The position numbers were made by a program, and so were the translations under genes. 64,000 nt of DNA. Origin: Escherichia phage vB_EcoM_FB. The notes beneath the pieces were generated by a model. That model was not told where the DNA came from and did not search any database. It was given only the letters and a program-made list of their open reading frames with translations. This document shows, one piece after another, positions 7,568 to 17,223 of this stretch. Within the stretch, counting starts at the first letter, position 1; the number at the start of each line of letters is the position of its first letter. The stretch lies in the sequence record MT682711.1, one strand, 5' to 3'.

Positions 7568-7638
7568 TGGCCCTGGGTGGAATCGAACCACCATCCAGCG
7601 ATTATGAGTCGCTCGCTTGACCGTCCAGCTACAGGGCC
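7568..7638 (-). tRNA. tRNA with CAT anticodon (Ile2-type as in T4, or Met)
   Basis: acceptor GGCCCTG/CAGGGCC perfect, anticodon stem AGCGA/TCGCT with loop CTCATAA, T-arm GGTGG-TTCGATT-CCACC; CCA not encoded. Confidence 0.8.
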
Positions 7639-7733
7639 TTAATTCTATTATGAAAGGCTCTTTGAGGGAAGAACCTTTGGTAATAGAGGGTACTTATTAA
7701 TAATAACACACAACTCTTAAAGCATATTACTTG

Positions 7734-8114
7734 TTAACCTTCATCAACAATAGTGTGGGTATTGGCATTAACAATTTGCCACCAGTCGAAACGATTAGAA
7801 CCGTATTGAGGCTTATTCTCGTTTTCTTTAATGATATCACGCAGTTCATCTTCAGTCGCGGCCTTTGCGATTAAGTCGGCATAACCGCCACGGGGATAAT
7901 AGTTATCACCAGCAAAGAGTAAAAAGTTTGTTTTAATATTCTTGAATTCTTCAAGAGTAATAACTGTTCCAGATGGTTGGACAATATCTACGTAACTATA
8001 TCCTAATTTCTGGGCTTCATTTACTGCTTCAAGCAGGGTGTCATGGGCCCATCCAATTTGACAATCCGGTTTTTCAGATGGGTTGGCTTGATAATCTGCG
8101 TACACTTTATACAT
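7734..8114 (-). CDS. hypothetical protein (126 aa)
   Basis: ORF-track frame 7734..8162 trimmed to ATG at 8114 with AGGTGA RBS. Confidence 0.55.
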   Translation of the reverse strand: MYKVYADYQANPSEKPDCQIGWAHDTLLEAVNEAQKLGYSYVDIVQPSGTVITLEEFKNIKTNFLLFAGDNYYPRGGYADLIAKAATEDELRDIIKENENKPQYGSNRFDWWQIVNANTHTIVDEG

Positions 8115-8115
8115 T

Positions 8116-8301
8116 TTACTCACCTTTAGAGATTTTATCCATAACGAAAGAGATTGAACCAATTAAAAATGCCACTACTAAAGAGATTGTATTCTCAGAA
8201 GTTGTAAGCAAATCCAACATGAATCCTGCAAACATACTAAAACTAAAAGTGGTAATAGCAATAAGGGCAGTAGCATTTCTAATTAATTCACAACGTTTCA
8301 T
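8116..8301 (-). CDS. small membrane protein (61 aa)
   Basis: ORF-track frame trimmed to the ATG after the GGAG RBS in the conserved leader; two hydrophobic segments. Confidence 0.5.
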   Translation of the reverse strand: MKRCELIRNATALIAITTFSFSMFAGFMLDLLTTSENTISLVVAFLIGSISFVMDKISKGE

Positions 8302-8337
8302 TTTATTCTCCAATCACTCATTTGTTTTGATAGGGCT

Positions 8338-8367
8338 ATAGTATCATCACTAAAGCCCGTTGTAAAC
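8338..8367 (-). promoter_or_regulatory. T4-type early promoter with conserved leader
   Basis: minus strand GTTTAC-18bp-TACTAT then AGCCCTATCAAAACA; partial inverted repeat GGGCT/AGCCC. Confidence 0.5.
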
Positions 8368-8369
8368 AA

Positions 8370-8630
8370 TTATTTTAGATAAATTGCATATTTTTTATAG
8401 CCAGCTGTCTCGTGGCGCAACCCTTTGTCATTAGCAAAGCGTTCAATATTATTAATTTGGTTTTGGTCGAGTTCTGAAATATCAAATACAAAAAAGTTTC
8501 TCTTATTGCCTAAAGTTACGTGATTAGTCAAATCGATGTTATAGAGATGATTTATATTATCAATCACGGTCTTAACAGATTTGTTAATTTTTACTTCCTC
8601 ATTAAGAATAAATTCTTGATAAGTTTTCAT
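8370..8630 (-). CDS. internal protein (ipI-locus) with capsid-targeting N-terminus
   Basis: N-terminus MKTYQEFILNE resembles the T4 internal-protein targeting peptide with an L-x-E protease site (recalled from T4); lies next to 57B as ipI does in T4. Confidence 0.6.
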   Translation of the reverse strand: MKTYQEFILNEEVKINKSVKTVIDNINHLYNIDLTNHVTLGNKRNFFVFDISELDQNQINNIERFANDKGLRHETAGYKKYAIYLK

Positions 8631-8667
8631 TTTGGGTTCCGTTTGGTTAGTTTGTTTTGATAGGTCT

Positions 8668-8696
8668 ATAGTATCATATTTATAGACCTTGTAAAC
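8668..8696 (-). promoter_or_regulatory. T4-type early promoter inside an inverted repeat
   Basis: minus strand GTTTAC-17bp-TACTAT; inverted repeat GGTCTATA/TATAGACC; leader GACCTATCAAAACA. Confidence 0.55.
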
Positions 8697-8703
8697 AACT
8701 TTT

Positions 8704-9381
<678 letters not shown>

Positions 9382-9389
<8 letters not shown>

Positions 9390-10143
9390 TTTTATTTCCT
9401 AATAATTTATCAATAGTAGTGTATAGTTCAGAAAGGGTTCCGTTATTTTCAACAACAACGTCACCAGGTAAAATTGGTAGACCCGCTTCAGTAATGTGCG
9501 AGTCTTGTACTTGACCGGTATCAGCGCGAACTACATGAATAATCGTAGCACCCATCGCCCTGAGCGAATCAATTTCATGTGTTTGACGAACATCAGGTAC
9601 GACATAGTATTTCGCATCAGAGTATATTTTATCAAAATAGTCTAAAGCGAATAACTTAACCCAATACATTTTATCAAATCGGTTAACAATAATATCAGTC
9701 CCAAGGGTCTGCATGAGACGACGTACTGACCAATTGTTATTTTTATTTATTACTTCAAACAGTTGGTCTTTTGTTTCTTCAGACAGATACTGGACTGGGG
9801 TAAGACCATAATGATATGCGGTACGAACATCCATTCCTGGAATAGGAAGGATATTATTCAGTTTGACAATAGCATTTTCAAAGATATCAATCACATCATA
9901 TGGTTTTAAAGGAATGATTTCTTCACGGTCGTAACCGATACCTTCAAAACAGTTAAAATCTAGTTTAGGCATGTAACTACGGTCGAATACAGGGTCATCA
10001 GAGATGTATTCATAGGCTTCAGCCAGATACTTTTTAATAGGACCTGCGAGCTGAAATTTTACCGAATCCATATTTTCGATTACATAGTTAGCAACGGTAT
10101 CCTTACCGCTACGTTTGATTCCTACAATTGATATTAGTTTCAT
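9382..10143 (-). CDS. 1: deoxynucleoside monophosphate kinase gp1
   Basis: P-loop GIKRSGKDT; conserved blocks WSVRRLMQ.LGTD, MYWVKLFALDY, AMGAT.IHVVR match T4 gp1 as recalled. Confidence 0.9.
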
Positions 10144-10733
10144 TATTTTCTCATAGATGGATGCATAGACATACGAGCCACTCGTTGTTCGGCATACGAA
10201 TCAATTTGTGGACGACCTGTAACTATTGTACCATCTATTTCTACAGCAAACGATTTGAAGTTGAATGTTGCTGTGGCGATTATCGCCGGGTCAGAATCCT
10301 CTTTATAAGAGTACTGGATTTCCGAGAGGTCGGATGGCCAACCACCGTAGTAATGAATGCTCATTACGATTTTCTGTTTGTTGTTATCAAGGATGTGGAG
10401 GGTGATAGCTTCCGGTTGACCTTTAGGATGCCAGGCTTCTGAATCATGGGTTACATAGTTGTTTAATGACAACATCCACTTATAAACGTCAAGCCACGAT
10501 TTCAATTCACGGTCCACAAGAAAGTTCACAATCAATGGGTCGAATTCTACAGTAGAACCTGGCAGCTTAGCACGATGTATACCCTGGGTCGATCCTGGGA
10601 CGTCTGAGACCGGAATATGGATACCAGGTAGTGTTACATCTTGCACGTTTAATTTGAATGCCTGCGTCATTCCTGCGTCACTAACCTCTAAGATAAAGTT
10701 AGTAGTGTTAGTTTGGTTAAATAAACCGTTCAT
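10143..10733 (-). CDS. 3: tail completion / sheath stabiliser gp3
   Basis: synteny 1-3-2-4; start uncertain (Met22 would give 175 aa, near T4's 176). Confidence 0.75.
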   Translation of the reverse strand: MNGLFNQTNTTNFILEVSDAGMTQAFKLNVQDVTLPGIHIPVSDVPGSTQGIHRAKLPGSTVEFDPLIVNFLVDRELKSWLDVYKWMLSLNNYVTHDSEAWHPKGQPEAITLHILDNNKQKIVMSIHYYGGWPSDLSEIQYSYKEDSDPAIIATATFNFKSFAVEIDGTIVTGRPQIDSYAEQRVARMSMHPSMRK

Positions 10734-10815
10734 AGGGTTCCTATATTGCTTAAGTCCTAGCCAGTGTATAATGGTCCTAGGTCTGTTCCATTCAATAACT
10801 GGCTGGGATAATAGA

Positions 10816-11652
10816 TTAAGAATTCTTCCATACTTTCTGAGCTGAGTAACGCTTACCTTTAGACATGAACTGTTGGAGAGGCATCATTACGACATTAGCC
10901 CAATCAGATGGTTTTATCTCTACTAAAGGTCCCTTAATATTTCCAGGGATATAAGCCTTAATCATCACGTCGGCGCCAGCGAATCCTTTTACCTTACTCC
11001 AATCGATTTTTAATTTAGTCGAGTTCGTAATGGTAGGCGTACTCGCGTATTGCTTCAGCAATTCTTCCAGAAATTGTTGTCGTGCTTTAGGTGGGATATA
11101 GTGTAAGTTCAGCCCGTACATTAAATTATGCTTACCTAGCCCAAGATAAATGATTAATGGATATTTGTCCCAGTACGGTAGGGTATCCTTATGTTTGGCA
11201 TCATAGATATACGCATAAAGCTTACCAGGAGATGGTTTAGATACCTGGTGCCCACGAATTCCTTTCTTTAATGTTTCTGTAAACCATTTAGCCGATTTAT
11301 TGTTTACAGCGGCGCCCTCGTTAGCAATCTTATCACGAATACTCTTTCTAAAACTATTCACCAAAATTAATTGACGTTCTGCTTTGGTTAATTTATTGCC
11401 AGGTTTCTTCTGAAGTTTTTCAACCTGTACAGCAGTTTTAATTCGACTCGAGTATCGAGACATCGCAGATGTAAAGCTAGAATACTTGATGCCTTTATCT
11501 TCAGCGAATTTCTTAGCCGAAACACCTTTAGCCTTAGCGTTGGCATATTCAACGCCTAAAGTTATCCATTGTTGTTCTGAACGAGTAGGCTTGGAACCTT
11601 TTGTAGTTTCAGTAGCCTCGTTGATGTAAGAAAATATACTCATCCTTTCCAT
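10816..11652 (-). CDS. 2: DNA end protector gp2
   Basis: 278 aa, synteny with T4 gp2. Confidence 0.8.
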   Translation of the reverse strand: MERMSIFSYINEATETTKGSKPTRSEQQWITLGVEYANAKAKGVSAKKFAEDKGIKYSSFTSAMSRYSSRIKTAVQVEKLQKKPGNKLTKAERQLILVNSFRKSIRDKIANEGAAVNNKSAKWFTETLKKGIRGHQVSKPSPGKLYAYIYDAKHKDTLPYWDKYPLIIYLGLGKHNLMYGLNLHYIPPKARQQFLEELLKQYASTPTITNSTKLKIDWSKVKGFAGADVMIKAYIPGNIKGPLVEIKPSDWANVVMMPLQQFMSKGKRYSAQKVWKNS

Positions 11653-12089
11653 CCTAATTTTTTCAGTGAGTTTTCGGTAATCAATCTGAAATTAATTCCC
11701 ATTTTATCTGCTGTAGCTTTAGCAGCTTTCCATTTATCTTTATTTACACTCCATGTATAATGTTCGTTGATATATCTCTTTTTAGCAGCTGTAGTCATTT
11801 TAGCAGGCGCCGCTGGAGGATGGGTCTCTTTAAAAGGTTTGACTTCGAAAAAGAATTGTTGACCATTGTCGAACTTCACCCAGAAGTCCATAAAATACCG
11901 ACGTTTCTTTCCATCAGCGTTACTAAAATATGGAATCACAACCTCTTCCGAGTTCCACTGGACGACATTAGGATGGTTGTCAAGCCAACGCATAAGCCAT
12001 GCTTCCCAAGAGGAACGATATTGGATTTTCTTCCAATCACCTTTATATTTTTGTAAGTTTGTAGGTTTAAATTTCCCTGAGTAGGCCAT
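11640..12089 (-). CDS. 4: head completion protein gp4
   Basis: 149 aa, synteny with T4 gp4. Confidence 0.8.
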   Translation of the reverse strand: MAYSGKFKPTNLQKYKGDWKKIQYRSSWEAWLMRWLDNHPNVVQWNSEEVVIPYFSNADGKKRRYFMDFWVKFDNGQQFFFEVKPFKETHPPAAPAKMTTAAKKRYINEHYTWSVNKDKWKAAKATADKMGINFRLITENSLKKLGWKG

Positions 12090-12134
12090 AGTGCCTCCTT
12101 ATAAATATTAATATTATTTATACTCGGAGGCACT

Positions 12135-12737
12135 ATGCTCTTCTCATTTTTCGATCCTATAAATTACGAATCAAAAACAGTCAAGCCAGATTCCGGCTCA
12201 TTAACTGATGCCGATGTACTGAGCGTACCGATGACTGATATATTTAGAAACTATAAAGAATATTTTGATAAAGTGGCTAAAAATTATACACTTAAAACAT
12301 ATTATATCAGTGGGGCCCCTCGTCCAGAAGAATTAGCCCATCAACTTTATGGTAACGTGCAATTATATTGGATCCTTTTAATGTGTAACAATATCTATGA
12401 CCCTTATTACGGCTGGATTACAGGCCAAGAATCTGCGTATCAAGCAGCTATTCAACGTTATGCTACTGCAGGCGGAAACCAAGTCCTTTATCATGTCAAT
12501 GAAAAGGGTGAGAAATTCTGGAATCTAGTAAATACTCCGGAAAATCCTTATACTTGGTACGATAAAGGTGATACAGAAAAACGTTATCCTCAATATGAAG
12601 GTCCTTTGGCTGCAGTAGATATTTACGAGGACGCCATTCGTAAAAATGAATATAAGCGCGAAATAAAGATTATAGACCCTAATGACATCGAGTCCTTTGT
12701 TTCCGCTTTAATTAGAGAAATGGAGAAGTCACTCTAA
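12135..12737 (+). CDS. 53: baseplate wedge protein gp53
   Basis: 200 aa; first gene of the plus-strand baseplate block, before gp5. Confidence 0.8.
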   Translation: MLFSFFDPINYESKTVKPDSGSLTDADVLSVPMTDIFRNYKEYFDKVAKNYTLKTYYISGAPRPEELAHQLYGNVQLYWILLMCNNIYDPYYGWITGQESAYQAAIQRYATAGGNQVLYHVNEKGEKFWNLVNTPENPYTWYDKGDTEKRYPQYEGPLAAVDIYEDAIRKNEYKREIKIIDPNDIESFVSALIREMEKSL

Positions 12738-13249
12738 TGTTTTATTACGTCTATAAAATAACCAATATAATTAATGGTAAATTTTATATCGGTGCTCATA
12801 GTACATCAAATATGGATGACGGTTATATGGGCTCAGGTAAATTAATTAAACGCGCTATACTAAAATACGGCATTGAAAATTTCAAAAAAGAAATATTAAA
12901 ATTTGTTGATTCTAAAAAAGAAATGTATGAACTCGAAAAAGAACTTGTTGTCCTTACTGAAAATTCATACAATTTAAAACCGGGCGGTTCCGGTGGGTTT
13001 TTAAAACATGATAACTTTAAAGGCAGGTCCCATAGTCAGAAAACCAAAGATATTATGAGCGCTAATAACTCAGGCAAAAACAATCCTATGTATGGTAGAA
13101 AACGAGACCAACACGGAGAAAAAGCACCTAATTATGGTAAAAAGTGCTCTGAGGCTAAAAGAAAATTACTTTCTGAAAAATCTAAATCCTATTTTGAAAA
13201 CCTTCAAACCATAACTAAAAAATCTCGGCTTTGGTCCTACATCGGTTGA
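12737..13249 (+). CDS. GIY-YIG homing endonuclease (seg-like)
   Basis: N-terminal YVYKITNIINGKFYIGAHS; later NLKPGGSGG and basic C-terminus; start overlaps gp53 stop (TAATG); T4 has no gene here. Confidence 0.8.
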   Translation: MFYYVYKITNIINGKFYIGAHSTSNMDDGYMGSGKLIKRAILKYGIENFKKEILKFVDSKKEMYELEKELVVLTENSYNLKPGGSGGFLKHDNFKGRSHSQKTKDIMSANNSGKNNPMYGRKRDQHGEKAPNYGKKCSEAKRKLLSEKSKSYFENLQTITKKSRLWSYIG

Positions 13250-13295
13250 AACTAGATATGTATCAAGACATATTAAAAAGCTAGGATTAGATTTT

Positions 13296-13303
13296 TATAA
13301 ATT
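13296..13303 (+). promoter_or_regulatory. late promoter (TATAAATT) upstream of gene 5
   Basis: one mismatch to the T4 late consensus TATAAATA. Confidence 0.45.
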
Positions 13304-13369
13304 TAATCGTGATATAACAGAAACTAATGTTTCCATAGTTAGAAATATTTTAGAACAAAGGAAAGCGCT

Positions 13370-15157
13370 ATGATTAACATGTCTGATAATGTAAGTTGGT
13401 TCGTCGGTGTAGTTGAAGACCGAATGGACCCGCTCCAACAAGGCCGAGTACGCGTGCGCGTATGGGGTATGCATCCTTACGAAAAGGTCCAAGGTCCTGT
13501 AAAAGGCCTTCGTACAGAGGATTTACCGTGGATGTCCGTATTAATGCCTACATCTTCTGCCTCTGTTTCTGGTATCCAAACCGCTATGACTGGTATGGTT
13601 CCAGGTACTCAGGTTTATGGGCACTTTCTTGATAAGTGGAAATTAAACGGGCTTGTCCTCGGTACATATGGTTCCGCTTCAAGACAAAAGGCTAATCCTA
13701 ATGAAGGTTTTAGTGACCCGACAGGTCAATACCCACTTTATTTGGGTAATGATGCTGCAGCACTAAACCGAGGTGGTGAAGTTGGATACGATGCCACTTC
13801 CAACGTAATACAAGATGCAAACACCGATGTAGGTATTAATCCTGATGGTTTAGATTTGAGCCAGGTTAAGCCTGATGATAATCCTAATTTCACAATAGAA
13901 AACATGCTTCACCGTGATGAAGGGCTTCGACTGAAGGTATATTGGGACACCGAAGGATACCCTACTATCGGTATAGGTCACCTTATTACACCACAACCTA
14001 TTAGAGATATGAATCAAATAAACAAAATATTATCTAATCAGGTAGGACGAGAAGTTAAAGGTAACCCTGGTGCAATATCAATGGACGAGGTTTCTAAATT
14101 ATTCCAAGACGACCTTAAAAAAGTCCAAAACGATATAGGCAGGCATAGTGTTGTAGGTCCTGTTTATAATAAAGAAAACCGTTCGAGACAAATGGCTCTT
14201 GAAAACATGGCTTTCCAAATGGGATTGGGCGGCTTGGCTAAATTCCGTGGAATGCTTAGTGCAATGCTAATAGGCGATTATAAAAAGGCATTTGAGGAAG
14301 CTCGTAATTCAGTATGGTTTAACCAAACTAAAGGCCGTGCATCAAGGGTGTCAATGATTATCCTCACAGGTAACATGGAATCATATGGTATTATGGCCCC
14401 TAAAGAAAGGTCATTTAATGGCCGTTCGTATAGAATGATTCAAACCTTTGTGGCCCCTACAAATTCAGACCCTGCCGACCCGTGGACTCCAGAAGACACA
14501 AGGATTCTTTTTAAAGAACCTGATTCTAGTTATAAAGGCGAATATCCATATGTCCAAACCATGCAAACTGAAGGCGGGCATATCCAAGAATTCGATAATA
14601 CTCCAGGGCAAGAACGATACCGTTTAATCCATCCTACCGGTAGTTATGAAGAAGTTGCTCCTGATGGACGTAAAACTTCTAAGACGGTAGCCGATGGTTA
14701 TTATATGACCCAAGGCGATTCAAATACTTATGTTGGTGGTAATAATAAAGTCAACGTTGGTGGCGATGAAACCTATTATAATATGGCAAACGTGCGCCGT
14801 CAAACTGATGGGTCTGAAAGCATTCATATTCGAGGGAATGAAACCAAAACTGTAGAAGGTAATGGAACTCTGCTTGTTAAAGGAAATGTTAAAATAGTTA
14901 TTATGGGTACTGCTGATATAACTGTTGAACAAGAAGCATATATTACGGTTGAAAAAGATACAACAGTTAATGTCAACCAGAATGCAGATATAAGCGTTAA
15001 ACAAAAGGCCACAATCAATGCTCAAAATATGGATGTAAATGTCGAACAAGATTTAAATTTTGCAGCGACGAACATTAATTTAAACGCATCAAATACTGTG
15101 CATATGGATGGCGGTTCATTAGCTAAAGTATCTGGTGGCAACGTACAGGTCGGTTAA
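13370..15157 (+). CDS. 5: baseplate hub / tail lysozyme / cell-puncturing spike gp5
   Basis: central lysozyme-like segment and C-terminal VxVxxNxxIxV beta-helix repeats; 595 aa. Confidence 0.9.
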   Translation: MINMSDNVSWFVGVVEDRMDPLQQGRVRVRVWGMHPYEKVQGPVKGLRTEDLPWMSVLMPTSSASVSGIQTAMTGMVPGTQVYGHFLDKWKLNGLVLGTYGSASRQKANPNEGFSDPTGQYPLYLGNDAAALNRGGEVGYDATSNVIQDANTDVGINPDGLDLSQVKPDDNPNFTIENMLHRDEGLRLKVYWDTEGYPTIGIGHLITPQPIRDMNQINKILSNQVGREVKGNPGAISMDEVSKLFQDDLKKVQNDIGRHSVVGPVYNKENRSRQMALENMAFQMGLGGLAKFRGMLSAMLIGDYKKAFEEARNSVWFNQTKGRASRVSMIILTGNMESYGIMAPKERSFNGRSYRMIQTFVAPTNSDPADPWTPEDTRILFKEPDSSYKGEYPYVQTMQTEGGHIQEFDNTPGQERYRLIHPTGSYEEVAPDGRKTSKTVADGYYMTQGDSNTYVGGNNKVNVGGDETYYNMANVRRQTDGSESIHIRGNETKTVEGNGTLLVKGNVKIVIMGTADITVEQEAYITVEKDTTVNVNQNADISVKQKATINAQNMDVNVEQDLNFAATNINLNASNTVHMDGGSLAKVSGGNVQVG

Positions 15158-15158
15158 T

Positions 15159-17222
15159 ATGAATTACTACGATAAAGTTGATGAAGTGGTAGGGACTGTA
15201 ACAAGTCCCTGTGATGACGCAGTAGGACCCGGTGAATATCGCCGGGTTAAATGGGAATTATATAACCCAACAGGTGCTTTTATTCAACCTGGGAATGGCG
15301 TTGAATGGGATACCGAGATTATTCCACTAGCTACACATTTATACACACAAAATCCATTTGGTAATAAGTCCGAAACTTTTCCTGCACCTCCCCCACCGGA
15401 AGATGGAACAAGTCAAGGTATCTGGTGTGCTAAACTCGGAATATTCTTTATTACGCAATTGGATTTAGAAAATTATGTAGAATCGATTGGTGCAACTCTT
15501 TTGCCCGGTAATGATTGGTACGGCGCTGATTTATCAAAATCTGTATTGTATAAAACATCTATTGAATATGATATGTATCGCATCGAAAACTGTGGCGGTG
15601 TATGGACATCACAAGGCCCCAGAATGGACCCCAGGACGATGATTGCAGTTACGGCTGATTATCATATGTATGTCAACTTTAACGGCCTTGGTGACTCCCG
15701 CAGGGCTTATTTGAAGTACTATGAGACAAAACCTTGTACTTATGTTGGACTGGTATTAAATCTAGATGTTGATACGAGTATCCCAGGAACTCCGATTCCG
15801 GGACCGGTATCCATCGGGTCTTTACCGCCAGAAATAACCGGGCGAGCCAGGGCAATAGGCTGTGTTCCTTTTACAGCGGAATTCCCTTACAACGGATTGA
15901 CCAATGCGATTATGGCTTCATGGAATACATCTAGGAATTCATTCAAATTATATTGGGATATGCTCCCTGGATGGCCATCATCTGGTGGAACCGATTGGGA
16001 AAAATTCTTCGATTCTGGTTATAGTAAGCTATCGGTCGCAATGGAAGAGCTAGGCAACTCAGCTGTTGCTATGTGTCAATATGTTCAGCAAATGGCTTTT
16101 CTTGCATTTAAAGATGCCATATCACAGGTCTTGAATATTGTTGGCGGTGGGTGGGACTTACTTAAAAGCTTTTTACCCTCGATTACTATTATGGGCATGA
16201 CTATTGACCTAGAAGACCTCTGCACTTCAGGTGATGGTGTACAGAAATTAAAAGAAGCATGGAAAAACTTTAATTTAGAAGAAACCATCCAATCGATTTA
16301 TTCTGCCATTGGGTCTGCATACGATTATTCGGTTGAACGCGTCAAGATGTATTCGCGTGACCTTATTGATGCAATTACAGACTTGTATGACTGGGCCTGG
16401 TCTCAATTGCTTATGGCTGGTGTTGCATTATCAAAACTGTGTGTAGACCTCGCTCAAATATGGAGTATGCCTCCTATAGTTCCGAACCCAGTTTGGAGCG
16501 TTATTACTGCGGTCAAGGAAATGATGAAGCAAGTTAAACCACTGGACATGATAATGAGCGGTAACTTTCCAGGATTCACAGCATCAGATGTTTATCAAAT
16601 GGTTATGGAAAAGGTAGACCAGAAAATAGACGAAGCTTATGCAATGATTGAGGCTCTTAAAACCCAGGCACTCAATCTGTGGAATGAGATTAAGCTCAAA
16701 AAGCAAGAAGTACAAAAACAAGCTATTGAATTTAAACAATATCTTTCAGGAATGTACGAAAAAGTTACAGACGAGCTAACTGCTCAGAAGGAAGCCGCAT
16801 TAGCACAAGCTGAAGCTGCACTCGAACTTTTAAAGAATAAATATAATCAGATTAAGAACTCTATTACCGAAAGTCAAACCTCCGTTTCTGATGTATTAGA
16901 TATGGCTTTAGAAGAATTCAAAAAACTTCCTATTGTGGCTCAAATGGAAGAACTTCTCGGTATGCTCGGAGCTACTGTAGATGATATCATGGTTATATAC
17001 GAGAACTCAGTAACTAAAGCAAAATCTTTATATCACGAATTTACTGATGGTTCCAGGTCAATGAAAGACTTGTGCAAATCAATGTATAACCAAATATCAA
17101 CATTATCCTTAAGTAAGGTGGTACAATGGATTAATAAGATGCTGGGAATATTCGGTTTAACGATTGCATTTCCATCCCTTTCCATTTGCATACCTTGTTT
17201 AGAATCTCCTACTAGGAATTAA
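15159..17222 (+). CDS. novel 687-aa protein between gp5 and gp6
   Basis: uninterrupted 688-codon frame; ATG 1 nt after gp5 stop (track start 15135 is GTG); stop 1 nt before gp6 ATG; no T4 counterpart recognised. Confidence 0.75.
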   Translation: MNYYDKVDEVVGTVTSPCDDAVGPGEYRRVKWELYNPTGAFIQPGNGVEWDTEIIPLATHLYTQNPFGNKSETFPAPPPPEDGTSQGIWCAKLGIFFITQLDLENYVESIGATLLPGNDWYGADLSKSVLYKTSIEYDMYRIENCGGVWTSQGPRMDPRTMIAVTADYHMYVNFNGLGDSRRAYLKYYETKPCTYVGLVLNLDVDTSIPGTPIPGPVSIGSLPPEITGRARAIGCVPFTAEFPYNGLTNAIMASWNTSRNSFKLYWDMLPGWPSSGGTDWEKFFDSGYSKLSVAMEELGNSAVAMCQYVQQMAFLAFKDAISQVLNIVGGGWDLLKSFLPSITIMGMTIDLEDLCTSGDGVQKLKEAWKNFNLEETIQSIYSAIGSAYDYSVERVKMYSRDLIDAITDLYDWAWSQLLMAGVALSKLCVDLAQIWSMPPIVPNPVWSVITAVKEMMKQVKPLDMIMSGNFPGFTASDVYQMVMEKVDQKIDEAYAMIEALKTQALNLWNEIKLKKQEVQKQAIEFKQYLSGMYEKVTDELTAQKEAALAQAEAALELLKNKYNQIKNSITESQTSVSDVLDMALEEFKKLPIVAQMEELLGMLGATVDDIMVIYENSVTKAKSLYHEFTDGSRSMKDLCKSMYNQISTLSLSKVVQWINKMLGIFGLTIAFPSLSICIPCLESPTRN

Positions 17223-17223
17223 A

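Noticed and set aside
15135-15158. ORF-track N-terminal extension of the 687-aa ORF
   Set aside because: Track start is a GTG inside the gp5 coding sequence; the ATG at 15159 follows the gp5 stop
15159-15500. PAAR-repeat spike-tip domain at the N-terminus of the 687-aa protein
   Set aside because: No PAAR-like repeats or clustered His/Cys zinc site recognisable by eye; left as a hypothesis for profile search
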